49,883 bases of DNA from Nitrososphaerales archaeon (GTDB lineage Archaea; Thermoproteota; Nitrososphaeria; Nitrososphaerales; Nitrososphaeraceae): positions 1 through 49,883 of the forward strand of contig JARBAW010000031.1 in NCBI GenBank assembly GCA_029237505.1, given 5' to 3'. Positions 19,168-29,684 of the stretch are shown piece by piece (positions within the stretch are counted from its first letter, which is position 1; each line of letters begins with the position of its first letter). Under the pieces are notes generated by a model, which did not search any database, was not told the DNA's origin, and saw nothing but the letters and a program-made list of their open reading frames with translations. The translations under genes were made by a program, and so were the position numbers.

Positions 19168-19552
19168 TTAGAAATCTACTGAATCCAAAATTTAGAAACC
19201 ATCCAGATGTATCCGCCAACTACATTGAGCTAAACATTGTCTTTATTGTTGCGAAACAGCTAGTTTAAGGAATGACTGGAGGATATATCTGGCATGAGTA
19301 CTCCTTAGCTACTACTGTTCCCAAATTGTGTAAAATAAATGGAGGGGGTTTGCTTTCGAATGACTTTCCGATAAAATAACCTGAAGATAGAAAAAGCTAA
19401 CCTTGAAAGAATCAAGGTCCATGGTTCCAACTTTTTAGTCTTTCCGGATAACGGATAATATAACGACATCGAATCAAATAGTTTAAACCTTGATTGTATT
19501 ATTATTTAGTAAAATAATATTTTTAAGCTAGGGTCTAGCTGTATAATGCGTT

Positions 19553-22273
19553 ATGGCAAAGGAAATTACCGAAATTGATAATTCTTCAAACTCAAGCAAA
19601 AAACCAATTGCGCAAATTAGGAAGAGGGATAAAGGACTAGCCGATTTTAATAATTCCAAGATTTCTAATGCCATCTACAAAGCTTTAATGGCGGCGGGCA
19701 AAGCTGATTACAAGCTTGCCGAAAAATTATCTGAAAAAGTTGTTCAGAAAATGGACCAACAATTTTCAATTCTAGATACCAACAGAGTTCCCAGCGTCGA
19801 AGATGTCCAGGACATGGTAGAATCAATATTGATTGAAGAGGGTCTTTCTGAGACCGCAAAGGCCTACATCCTCTACAGGCATGAAAGACGCAAAGTTAGA
19901 GATGAGAAGAAGAAGATTCTCAACAAGAAAGATTTGGACGAAGTCGATAAGGCCTTTGATGTAAATTCACTCAGAGTACTTGCTTCGCGCTATTTGCTAA
20001 GGGATAGTAATAATGAAATTGTTGAGGATCCCAGATTGCTTTTTGAACGAGTCGCAATTCTTGTAACAATTCCAGATATTCTTCACGATTCTGAAATATA
20101 TTCCAGTAGCAAAGTGGTTCAAAATATCACTGAAGCAGAAGAATATTACAAGAAAGTAGATGATTTTGACTTGAAACTAAAGGTTGGAAGTCACTATCTT
20201 AACAAATATCATTTTGAATCATTGATTAGACACTACATTGACTTGGCTAAATCCGGACACATGAAAATTAGCTTTAAAGATCTTTTGCGGCACATCGCTG
20301 AGGGTCAACTGTCGAAATATTCAGATCGGATTGTTGAATATTATAACTTGATGGTATCAAAGGACTTTCTTCCAAATACGCCTACTCTAATGAATGCCGG
20401 AGCAAGACTTGGCCAGCTTTCGGCTTGCTTCGTGTTGGATATGAAAGACGATATGTCAGGCATAATGAAATCTTCGACTGATGCTGCGATGATATTCAAA
20501 TCCGGTGGCGGAGTTGGCATTAACTATTCAAATCTTAGACCTGAAGGCGATATAGTGGCATCAACGTCTGGCGTAGCTTCGGGACCGATCTCTTTCATGA
20601 GAATTATAGATACAATTACCGATGTGGTTAAACAGGGTGGAAAAAGAAGGGGTGCAAATATGGGAATAATGGAATCATGGCATCCTGATATAGAAAAATT
20701 CGTAACAGCTAAAACGAAACCAGGTGTCTTTGAAAACTTTAACGTAAGTGTTGGAATCTGGAGCGATTTCTGGCAGTCAATAATTAACGAAAATAATCAC
20801 AAATATACGCTCAAAAATCCTACAACCCAAGAACCAATCAAGCAAATTGATTCACACCAGCTTTTAGACTTGATAACTTTCAGTGCCTGGAAGAGTGCCG
20901 AACCAGGTGTCATCTTTTTCGATAATATCAACAAATACAACCCCTGCATTAATGTAAAAGAAGGACCACTTAGAGCAACCAATCCTTGTGGTGAGCAATC
21001 GCTTTATCCCTATGAGTCATGCAATTTAGGTTCCATTAATTTGGCCAATTTTGTTAAAAGGAGTGTTGATGGCAAACACGAATTTGATTGGCAAAGATAT
21101 GAGCAAGCAATTCGTCTTTCAACCAGATTCCTAGACAATGTCATAGACATGAACAAATATCCGGTGGAAGAAATTGAACACAATACAAAACTAACAAGAA
21201 GAATTGGACTAGGGATAATGGGAATTGCTGATCTGCTATTCACATTAGGAATACCATACAATTCTAAGGAAGGTTACGATTTTATGAATAAAGTAGCAGA
21301 GGCACTTTCGTACTATAGTATGGAAGAGAGTGTGGCAATAGCTAAAGCAAGAGATCCGTTTCCACTATTCAATCAGACTGATTACGTAGAAGGAAAAATG
21401 ATACCAGTGGCAGGATATTATGAAATTCCAAAACGATATCACTCATATGATTGGGATTCATTGATTGAGAAGATTGGAAAGTACGGAATCAGAAATTCAT
21501 GGACTACTACAATTGCTCCCACTGGAACTCTTTCAATGATAGCTGACACTTCTAACGGTGTTGAACCAGTTTTTGCACTTGTATTTGAAAAACGAGTTAC
21601 TGTGGGAAGGTTCTTTTATACCAATCGGATATTTGAAAACATTCTGAAGGAGAATGGACTTTACAATGATGAAATCTTGACAAAAATTGCCAACAATTAT
21701 GGTTCTGTAAGAGGGCTACCTGAGATTCCAGAATGGTTACAGAAAATATTTGTCACTGCGATTGATGTACATTGGACTGATCATCTAATGGCTCAGGCAG
21801 TCTGGCAAAAATGGATTAGCAATGCAATTGCAAAGACTATAAACATGCCATCTGACGTTACAGTCGAAGACATAAAAGCTGCCTACCTTTTATCACACGA
21901 AATGGGATTGAAAGGAGTGACCGTGTATAGGGATGGATCCAGACATGAACAAGTACTACATATCACGGGAAATGATAAGGAGAAAAAGTTCATAGTAAAA
22001 CCAAGTACCCACGTAGTTGACCACATTCATAGTAACATTAAACAAGACTATGTTATGACACAAGTTGATAAGGTCTTTAGAGATGCCGAACAATGCGAAC
22101 CAGCAGACAACCCAGTAAGCGTTTCTCAAGCAAACCTAAAAACGAACATGATTGCAAACCCAAATGAGTATATGGAGTATGAAAAATGCCCATCTTGTAC
22201 TGCGAGATTAATTATCACTGAAGGATGCAATATGTGCATCGAATGTGGCTTTAGCTCCTGTATGTCGGGATAA
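19553..22273 (+). CDS. nrdJ: Class II adenosylcobalamin-dependent ribonucleotide reductase with ATP-cone
   Basis: IRKRD ATP-cone, FLPNTPTL, LSACF, TNPCGE, CNLGS, IAPTGT, KGVTVYRDGS and C-terminal CPSC...CIECGFSSC. Confidence 0.96.
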   Translation: MAKEITEIDNSSNSSKKPIAQIRKRDKGLADFNNSKISNAIYKALMAAGKADYKLAEKLSEKVVQKMDQQFSILDTNRVPSVEDVQDMVESILIEEGLSETAKAYILYRHERRKVRDEKKKILNKKDLDEVDKAFDVNSLRVLASRYLLRDSNNEIVEDPRLLFERVAILVTIPDILHDSEIYSSSKVVQNITEAEEYYKKVDDFDLKLKVGSHYLNKYHFESLIRHYIDLAKSGHMKISFKDLLRHIAEGQLSKYSDRIVEYYNLMVSKDFLPNTPTLMNAGARLGQLSACFVLDMKDDMSGIMKSSTDAAMIFKSGGGVGINYSNLRPEGDIVASTSGVASGPISFMRIIDTITDVVKQGGKRRGANMGIMESWHPDIEKFVTAKTKPGVFENFNVSVGIWSDFWQSIINENNHKYTLKNPTTQEPIKQIDSHQLLDLITFSAWKSAEPGVIFFDNINKYNPCINVKEGPLRATNPCGEQSLYPYESCNLGSINLANFVKRSVDGKHEFDWQRYEQAIRLSTRFLDNVIDMNKYPVEEIEHNTKLTRRIGLGIMGIADLLFTLGIPYNSKEGYDFMNKVAEALSYYSMEESVAIAKARDPFPLFNQTDYVEGKMIPVAGYYEIPKRYHSYDWDSLIEKIGKYGIRNSWTTTIAPTGTLSMIADTSNGVEPVFALVFEKRVTVGRFFYTNRIFENILKENGLYNDEILTKIANNYGSVRGLPEIPEWLQKIFVTAIDVHWTDHLMAQAVWQKWISNAIAKTINMPSDVTVEDIKAAYLLSHEMGLKGVTVYRDGSRHEQVLHITGNDKEKKFIVKPSTHVVDHIHSNIKQDYVMTQVDKVFRDAEQCEPADNPVSVSQANLKTNMIANPNEYMEYEKCPSCTARLIITEGCNMCIECGFSSCMSG

Positions 22274-22459
22274 TCAAAACTCTATCCATTTTTTATTTTT
22301 GGCAAAGTTGAAATATTAACGAAATATGATGATTGGAGAGTTATTAATATGTCCGAAAATTATTTCCCCGCGATTGAGCAAGAATAGATAGTTTCTTATC
22401 CCAGTCGACCATAGAGAAATATTGCTATATGATGTTCACATGATGGAGAGTTCAAATAT

Positions 22460-23125
22460 TTGGTGATACACAAATATGATGTATATAGAAGTCCAAACGT
22501 AGGTTTGTTTACACGTACCAATGATAAAACACTATTACTTCCATTTGGGTTTGCAGATACAAAGACTAAAAAACTAAAAGAATACTTGAATGTTAAAGAA
22601 ATAATTCATGTTTCAATAGCAGGGACCAGGTTGATAGGTCCAATGACAGTTATGAACAATAACGGAATATTGTTACCATCAACTGTTTCGGATGAAGAGA
22701 TCCAAATCCTTAAGCAAACGGGATTAAGTGTAGAACGATTAAATAGCAAATTTACTGCTATAGGAAACTTGATATCAGCAAATGACAAGGGAGCAATTGT
22801 TTCAAACTTATTCGGCGAGGAAGTCGATCAAGATATTGAGGATACGCTTGGTGTGCCAATTCAAAGAATGTCCATCGGAGGATTTGTCCAGGTTGGTTCT
22901 ATGGTCGTGGCCACAAACGCCGGGGCTATTATTCATCCAAATGCCAATGATGCTGAAATAAACAGGATATCTGAAATACTCCAGATTGAGGTAGAGCCTG
23001 CCACGGTCAATGGAGGTTCGCCATTTTTATCATCAGGACTAATAGCCAATTTCAGCTCAGTGATAGTAGGTAGTTTGACAACCGGTCCGGAATTGATAAT
23101 GATAAGTAGAGCATTAAAGGTATGA
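22460..23125 (+). CDS. eif6: Translation initiation factor 6 (aIF6)
   Basis: SPNVGLF, IAGTRLIG, AIGNLISAND, ATVNGG and TTGPEL. Confidence 0.93.
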   Translation: MVIHKYDVYRSPNVGLFTRTNDKTLLLPFGFADTKTKKLKEYLNVKEIIHVSIAGTRLIGPMTVMNNNGILLPSTVSDEEIQILKQTGLSVERLNSKFTAIGNLISANDKGAIVSNLFGEEVDQDIEDTLGVPIQRMSIGGFVQVGSMVVATNAGAIIHPNANDAEINRISEILQIEVEPATVNGGSPFLSSGLIANFSSVIVGSLTTGPELIMISRALKV

Positions 23126-23142
23126 TCCTTTTTCTTTTAATC

Positions 23143-24069
23143 TTATCTAAAATAGATGTTAGGGTTTAGACGTGATGATGATATTGCATGATCATCGGTG
23201 GTAAAAATACTATCAATTTCTGTTTTCTCAATTTGGATGTTAATAGCACTTATTTCAGAATCCGATAAGCTGAATCGATCCTTTAATAAGGACTTAACAC
23301 GCAATACTTGGTCATATACTTGATTAGCACTTGATGTTAAGGTGACTTCTAAAGTCTTGCTCAAAAAATCCTTAGATATTTTTCCACTGGGATCGCTTAA
23401 TATTCTAAAATCAATCTTATTAAATATGATTTCACTTGGAAGTTGAGGAAGCGCATTTGCGGTATAGAAAACCTGTACTTCCACCAAATTTGCTTGCGAT
23501 TCATTAATGGATTTTAAGATTGATGCATCTGAATTATTAGGATCAGGGAATGCATTAATCATACTTTCGCTAATAGGTAGGGTTAGCAATACAAATCCCT
23601 CTGTCAAGTTCTGACTATCAGTAACTAATGAAAGAATATCTTTACATGTAATTCCTGTAGCACTTTCAGATTCAAGAACTTTGATGATTGAATTGGAAGA
23701 TTTACCATCATTTGGAATGACATTCATGAATAATTTTATTGGATATACTTGCTTGTTAAGGATGCTAATATCAGTATCATAGTGTCCTGGTCGTACAGGA
23801 CCTTCACCAGCCAATACATTACCGCACAAAAACTTTGGCGTATAAGTAACAGTCTTAACAGATGAGTTTTGTTGTTCATCTGCAATAGGAAATTGAGTCT
23901 TCAATTTAGTATCTATTATGCTGTCATTGATTGCCGGAACAGTCAAGTTCGGATTAGATCTAATCGTTGTATCATTAACTTGGCCATATGTAAATACATT
24001 ATAGTTTTGGACAAATAATAATGATGGTGCCATAAAAACAAAGACTAGAGTTAACCCACTCTTATTCAA
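23143..24069 (-). CDS. Hypothetical exported protein
   Basis: Hydrophobic N-terminus, long ORF and a YTPKFLCG...PGHYDTDISILN core. Confidence 0.7.
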   Translation of the reverse strand: MNKSGLTLVFVFMAPSLLFVQNYNVFTYGQVNDTTIRSNPNLTVPAINDSIIDTKLKTQFPIADEQQNSSVKTVTYTPKFLCGNVLAGEGPVRPGHYDTDISILNKQVYPIKLFMNVIPNDGKSSNSIIKVLESESATGITCKDILSLVTDSQNLTEGFVLLTLPISESMINAFPDPNNSDASILKSINESQANLVEVQVFYTANALPQLPSEIIFNKIDFRILSDPSGKISKDFLSKTLEVTLTSSANQVYDQVLRVKSLLKDRFSLSDSEISAINIQIEKTEIDSIFTTDDHAISSSRLNPNIYFR

Positions 24070-24193
24070 ACTGCAACTCTTATTGAAAAATCGCTAATAT
24101 ATGCTATATAGAAGATCATGGAATTATTTGCAGTTTTTTGATAAGAATCTTTTTGTAAAGGGGGGTTTATCATCATATTGATAGTGATAATCA

Positions 24194-25132
24194 GTGAAGA
24201 ATAATAGATTCTTTAATCGAGACGTCGTCTCCATTAAGGATTTTCAAAGAGATGATTTAGAATACTTGTTCGAGAAAACGGACGATATAAAGAAACTAAA
24301 TCCTAAAGAGAAAGATGAATTGGGCAAAGCCAGAATTATGGGATATCTGTTTTATGAACCAAGTACTAGAACTAGAATGAGTTTTGAGGCAGCAATGGCA
24401 TCAATAGGTGGCAGCTCTATTGGGATATCTGATCTGAAATCATCTTCAATTGAGAAAGGTGAAAGTTTGCAAGATACAGTACGAGTAATGGATCTTTATT
24501 CAGATATCCTGATCTTACGTCACCAACTTGATGGCTCTAGTAAATTTGCAGCAGAAATTTCTGATCATCCAATAATTAATGGAGGAAGTGGAAGTGAAGA
24601 ACATCCTACACAAGCAATGCTTGATTTGTACACTATGACAAAAGAAAAAAAGAAAATTGATGGTTTGAAAATTTGCATCTTGGGTGACTTGAAATACGGA
24701 CGAACCATTTACTCTTTATTATACGGGCTTTCAAATTATGATGTTGAAATAATTCTAGTTTCTCCACCAACATTACAAATTAGACAAGAGTCTATCTATG
24801 GATTGAAAAATAAGATGAAAATTGTAGAACTAGTTGAGATGAATGAAAAGGTATTTCAAGATACAGATATCTTATATGTTACTAGAATTCAGAAAGAAAG
24901 GTTTTCAGATCCTCAAGAATATGAAAAGGTTAAGGGGGCATATACAATTGATAGTAACATTTTGAAACAGTTCAAATCCGATATCGCCATAATGCATCCG
25001 TTACCAAGGATAGACGAAATATCACAGGATGTTGATAGTAAAACCAATGCGATCTACTTTAAGCAAGCATCTTATGGCAAAGATCTAAGATCGGCACTCC
25101 TTGCTTTGATTCTGAATGAATCGCCTCTCTGA
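24194..25132 (+). CDS. pyrB: Aspartate carbamoyltransferase catalytic subunit
   Basis: EPSTRTRMSF, HPTQ, TRIQKERF and MHPLPR. Confidence 0.97.
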   Translation: MKNNRFFNRDVVSIKDFQRDDLEYLFEKTDDIKKLNPKEKDELGKARIMGYLFYEPSTRTRMSFEAAMASIGGSSIGISDLKSSSIEKGESLQDTVRVMDLYSDILILRHQLDGSSKFAAEISDHPIINGGSGSEEHPTQAMLDLYTMTKEKKKIDGLKICILGDLKYGRTIYSLLYGLSNYDVEIILVSPPTLQIRQESIYGLKNKMKIVELVEMNEKVFQDTDILYVTRIQKERFSDPQEYEKVKGAYTIDSNILKQFKSDIAIMHPLPRIDEISQDVDSKTNAIYFKQASYGKDLRSALLALILNESPL

Positions 25133-25214
25133 GAATTTTATCCAATGCTTGGTATTTTTTGGTACTCTAATTATTAAATCAAAAAATGCATGATTCAAAA
25201 TAATTCTTTTACAT

Positions 25215-26129
25215 TCAATTGACGTATGTGAGCCATTTGTCAAATTTTTCAATTTCGCCATGTACTATTTGATAGTAAATATCTTGTAATTGTGCAGCAA
25301 TTTTGCCGACCTTCCCATTACCAATCATTATTTTATCGATTTCCCCGATCGACTTAATTCCAGCAGCTGTTCCAGTCAAGAACACCTCATCTGCATAATA
25401 CATTTCATCCCGTGTAATGTCGCAAATTTGAGATCTGATACCCAAGTCCTCTGCAATAGATAATACAGTTGAGCGGGTTATGCCATCCAATGCCCCTGAT
25501 GTAAGAGGCGGTGTAATGAGGGTCTTGTCTCTTACCAAGAAAATATTTTCGGCAGTTCCTTCCACCACCATTCCACTCATATTCAGCATGATTGCTTCAT
25601 CCGTCCCCGATTTTATAGCCTCAATTCTAGCCAATGCCGAATTCGCATAATTTGCAGTTGCCTTTGCATGCATAGGCAGGGTTCTTGAATCTATTCTGGT
25701 CCAAGAAGAAACGATAACTCTCATGCCTTTGTTTCCTTCTGTTTTTATATGATCTTCCCAATCCCACAGGGCAATAGATGTTGATACTTTGTTAGGTAAA
25801 GGATTGACTCCCATTTTTCCATATCCATAGTAACATAAAGGTCGGATGTAGCATTCCTTGACATTATTAACTCTGACAGTTTCAACGATTGCGGCTGAAA
25901 GATCTTTCTCAGAAAATTGAATATTCATATGATAAATTTTGCAGCTGTTAGCAAGCCTCCTGACATGGTCCTCTAACCGAAAGATAGCAGGCCCGTTTTT
26001 TGTATCATAGCAACGGATCCCTTCAAACACTGCAGTGCCATAATGCATCGCATGTGTCAAAATGTGAATTTTCGCATTATCCCACTCAACAAACTTTCCA
26101 TCCATCCATATCTTGCCCTTGCCATTCAT
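25215..26129 (-). CDS. ilvE: Branched-chain amino acid aminotransferase
   Basis: HYGTAVFEG, YIRP, AKATANY, EGTAENIF, LDGITR and FLTGTAA. Confidence 0.95.
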   Translation of the reverse strand: MNGKGKIWMDGKFVEWDNAKIHILTHAMHYGTAVFEGIRCYDTKNGPAIFRLEDHVRRLANSCKIYHMNIQFSEKDLSAAIVETVRVNNVKECYIRPLCYYGYGKMGVNPLPNKVSTSIALWDWEDHIKTEGNKGMRVIVSSWTRIDSRTLPMHAKATANYANSALARIEAIKSGTDEAIMLNMSGMVVEGTAENIFLVRDKTLITPPLTSGALDGITRSTVLSIAEDLGIRSQICDITRDEMYYADEVFLTGTAAGIKSIGEIDKIMIGNGKVGKIAAQLQDIYYQIVHGEIEKFDKWLTYVN

Positions 26130-27586
26130 TCCATTTCATCCCGATCAATTCTATTTCTCTTATCGTGAATTGCCCTTATGGCATCGGCTACTTTGGAGTC
26201 ATCCACAATAATTAAGATACGTGAGGTCTCTTCTTGTGCATCCAAATTCAAAATATTAATTCCGTGCTCGCCTACTGTGCTGCTTGTAGTCGAAGCAATT
26301 TTGGGCATTTTCCACATATTGTCACCAATTAAAGTAACAACACCCCTATCATACACTATCTCCGTTTTGGGATAATAAGCTTTGAAGTGATGTTCGTTTC
26401 GTCGAACGTAATCTCCATCAAGGAATAAGACCCTGGTGATTTCAGTTCCATCTTTCTTAAAAGGAGATAGTTTGAGAAAATCATGGTACTGTCTGTAGCT
26501 CTCAAGCGATGCCAATAAATGTGAAGCCGCTATGGTCTCCATCCTTACTATAGCACAATTTCTCTTTCCAGTAACAATTTTCACAAGATTGTCTGATTGG
26601 TCGGCAGAGATTTTTGATATTGTTGTTGTATTGGATGGATCATTCATGTTTGTAATTACGATAGGTATGTCCATATTGTTATTATCAATTTCCTTAATTG
26701 CTAGAGGATCAAGTATTTTCATCCCAAACATTCCGGCTAATCTTGCTTCATTATAAGATAGAAATTTGATACTATCTAATTCTTGTTTTACAATTTTTGG
26801 ATCCGCGCTCAGTACAGCATTATCTTTTTCAAAATCTAGTTCTGCTTTGTATTTTTCATTCAATAATATTGCAACATCTGCTGCAGATCTATCCGAGCCT
26901 CCTCTTTCATATGTCGTTTCGAGGCCGTCGCTTGTTTTTCCAATAAAACCTCCTATAGTTACTACACTATTTTTTTCTATCAATTCATAGAAATTATTTG
27001 ATTTTTGTCTTGACTCTTCAATCAAAAAATTGGCGGCTTCAAAGTTATCGTCAGTAATAATTGGCCATTTTTCAATGTCAACATGATCAGATCTTATTTG
27101 ATTACTCCTTAGGACATAGTCCATCAGATATGACATTGGTATCTCTCCACTGTATGCAAGTGTTCTTGACCTAGTAACATCTACAAATCTGCGATTTTCT
27201 GCAGCCTGTTTTAGCGAAATTATAACTTCTTTGTGGAATTTATTAATATCATTAGAAAAATTCTTTCGATACTCCTTAGAAAGATTATTTGAGGCGATAG
27301 TTTCATAGACCTCACGTAATACATCAATCTCTATTGGATTTGATTGGGCATAGTTCTTTCCAATATGAATGGCCACATCAGTCATAGAGCTTAGTTTATC
27401 TCTATATCGAATTAAAGGTGCAGAAAATACCGCAACTACCTTGTTTTGACCTTCTATTTTATTTCGTATTCTTTGAAGTACCTTGTCTATGCATATCCCG
27501 TCTTCCCCTAGGGTACTCCCCCCAAATTTCATTACAGTGACTGTTCCCAATCTAATCGATCTTAAAATTGGATTAATCCATACCAT
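26126..27586 (-). CDS. lysC: Aspartate kinase
   Basis: VMKFGGST, RGGSDRSA, SADPKIV and C-terminal ACT domain. The start may lie slightly downstream. Confidence 0.88.
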   Translation of the reverse strand: MVWINPILRSIRLGTVTVMKFGGSTLGEDGICIDKVLQRIRNKIEGQNKVVAVFSAPLIRYRDKLSSMTDVAIHIGKNYAQSNPIEIDVLREVYETIASNNLSKEYRKNFSNDINKFHKEVIISLKQAAENRRFVDVTRSRTLAYSGEIPMSYLMDYVLRSNQIRSDHVDIEKWPIITDDNFEAANFLIEESRQKSNNFYELIEKNSVVTIGGFIGKTSDGLETTYERGGSDRSAADVAILLNEKYKAELDFEKDNAVLSADPKIVKQELDSIKFLSYNEARLAGMFGMKILDPLAIKEIDNNNMDIPIVITNMNDPSNTTTISKISADQSDNLVKIVTGKRNCAIVRMETIAASHLLASLESYRQYHDFLKLSPFKKDGTEITRVLFLDGDYVRRNEHHFKAYYPKTEIVYDRGVVTLIGDNMWKMPKIASTTSSTVGEHGINILNLDAQEETSRILIIVDDSKVADAIRAIHDKRNRIDRDEME

Positions 27587-27714
27587 ATATTAGGTAACCT
27601 GTTACCCCAAAATCCACATCTAAGGTTGGATTTTAGATCTCAAAATTTAGTGCTTAACTAATAACTAATATGTATGGTTGCCAGTTTCTTTAATTAACTA
27701 GGATTCTAATATTT

Positions 27715-28659
27715 GTGAAGAATTTTCCATATGATCAAAAACAAAATGTTTGTAAACAACTGGTTCTAAAGTTACTCAACTTGTATTGCCTCTGTAATCT
27801 CAATAAGTTTTGTTTATCATCAACTCTAATTGTAATTCTTTTATTTCCGATTATTATTCAACCTTCATTCGGTATCAGGCCACAATATGTATATGATAAC
27901 GCCAATTTGATAAGTTCCAAATACAAGGATTTGATTGAAAAGTATATTAGAAACATGGATGCTCAAACCTCCGCTGAAGTGGTAATATTTACTATCCCAA
28001 GTTTTATTGGGCATGGGATAAAGAAAGATAATCAAGAGATTCAGGATAGGGATACACTTGCCAACTATATTTTTAATGAAGTTACTTTGGATGGAATAAG
28101 AGGTATAGGTAAGAAGGATAAGGACAATGGAGTCTTAGTTTTATACTCTCTAGAACGTGATGCTGGAGGTGGATCAATGCGAATTGAAGTAGGCAGAGGG
28201 TTGGAAGGAAACATCACCGATGGAACTGCGGGTGCAATTTTGGATTCATATCTTGTTCCAGCAAGGCAGGACTTTGAAGCTACAAAGAATCCCAATGTTT
28301 TAGGTGAGGCTCTCTTAACAACTGTAATAGCAATTGGTGAGAAGATAGGTTATAACAATCAGGATCAAATTTACCAAGAATACGAACCACGCGAAAATGA
28401 AAGCGACTGGGATGTAATAATAATGATGCTAGTTTTTCTCGTGATTATTGCCGTCATATTTTATCTTGGAAGAAGGAGGAGATTCGGATCAAGAGGACCG
28501 GGTGGAAGTGATTTAGGTGGTAGTGGATTTGGCTGGGGTGGCCTATTGGGAGGACTAGGTTGGGCAGGAGGCGGTGGCAGATTCTCAAGGGGATACGGCG
28601 GAGGAGGCGGATTTAGTGGAGGCGGAGGTTCCTCTGGTGGCGGTGGCGCAGGCAGATAG
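27715..28659 (+). CDS. TPM-domain (YgcG-like) membrane protein with Gly-rich tail
   Basis: VYDNANLIS, GIGKKDKDNGVL, RIEVGRGLEG, one TM helix and GGGSSGGGGAGR. Confidence 0.92.
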   Translation: MKNFPYDQKQNVCKQLVLKLLNLYCLCNLNKFCLSSTLIVILLFPIIIQPSFGIRPQYVYDNANLISSKYKDLIEKYIRNMDAQTSAEVVIFTIPSFIGHGIKKDNQEIQDRDTLANYIFNEVTLDGIRGIGKKDKDNGVLVLYSLERDAGGGSMRIEVGRGLEGNITDGTAGAILDSYLVPARQDFEATKNPNVLGEALLTTVIAIGEKIGYNNQDQIYQEYEPRENESDWDVIIMMLVFLVIIAVIFYLGRRRRFGSRGPGGSDLGGSGFGWGGLLGGLGWAGGGGRFSRGYGGGGGFSGGGGSSGGGGAGR

Positions 28660-28731
28660 TTATAACTTATTATTAATCCAGTGGATTTAATAAGGTGCTA
28701 TTCATATTGAAACAAGTTATTGTGATTTGAT

Positions 28732-29343
28732 ATGAGAACGGGGATTAAAGTTGGCATTGGCATAGCGGTGTTAATAATTATAATAATAGTAAGTCTATAT
28801 TCCATGTATATTTCTGGATTTAATGGTGTACAATCAAGGGATGAATCGGTTAAGAAACGTGCCGCAGATGTGGACACCCAGCTTCAAAGAAGGTATGATC
28901 TGATACCCAACTTGGTATCATCAGTAAAGGGATATATGCAGTTTGAGCGTCAAACATTAGAGGACATTACAAAGCTCAGATCACAATGGATGCAGACCCC
29001 TGATGCAGCACAGCGTGTAAACTTGAGCAATCAACTGGAGGCTACACTTAGCAAGATCATATTAACCTATGAAGCATATCCAGAGTTAAAATCTGATGCC
29101 ACTGTTACAAGATTAATGGACGAATTGGCCGGCACGGAAAATAGGATCTCAGTAAGTAGAACAGCGTATAATGATGGTGTAAGAGATTTTAATCTTCACA
29201 TAAGAACTTTCCCAAACAACATCTTTAATGAAAATGGATTTCTTGGTGCTAAAGCTTGGGGTTATGAGCAGTATCCTCAGTATGAAGCTTCAGCACAAGC
29301 TAGAAATATAGTACCACAGGTAAACCTAAACTTTACAGGTTAG
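28732..29343 (+). CDS. lemA: LemA family protein
   Basis: N-terminal TM, QLQRRYDLIPNLV, EAYPELKS, ENRI and FPNN. Confidence 0.95.
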   Translation: MRTGIKVGIGIAVLIIIIIVSLYSMYISGFNGVQSRDESVKKRAADVDTQLQRRYDLIPNLVSSVKGYMQFERQTLEDITKLRSQWMQTPDAAQRVNLSNQLEATLSKIILTYEAYPELKSDATVTRLMDELAGTENRISVSRTAYNDGVRDFNLHIRTFPNNIFNENGFLGAKAWGYEQYPQYEASAQARNIVPQVNLNFTG

Positions 29344-29684
29344 CTGAAATCCTGAATTGTACTTAATCGATTAATGCTAGCTATATTGAGATTACTTAGT
29401 CTCATATAATTGACGGATTTGCGTTCAAAAAAAACTGATTGAGGACATAAAACAATTCAAGATCGACTCACACACAAACTATATGGTTACTTACTCTTTA
29501 ATAGTAAAGATGTTTTTTGGCAAGGGATACTGACTAATTCTTGAACTAATTAGAGTCCTTCAATTTTTGTCCTACAGATGAGATAGGAGGCATTCGTCTT
29601 GTTGCAATTGAAATCCAAGTTATTGCGCTGCGATTCTAATGTAACTATGCTGAGAATTTAAGGTTAATCTTAAAATAGTCGGAG

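Noticed and set aside
19553-22273. Intein in NrdJ (extra segment around residues 170-260)
   Set aside because: No C/S...HN-C/S/T splice junctions or LAGLIDADG motifs. It looks like a lineage-specific insertion.
22326-22452. ATGATGA C box and repeated TGGAGAGTT upstream of aIF6
   Set aside because: No properly spaced CTGA D box, and a 9-nt repeat is too short to be significant.
28495-28656. G-rich repetitive tract
   Set aside because: It encodes the Gly-rich tail normal for TPM/YgcG proteins and is not a DNA repeat element.
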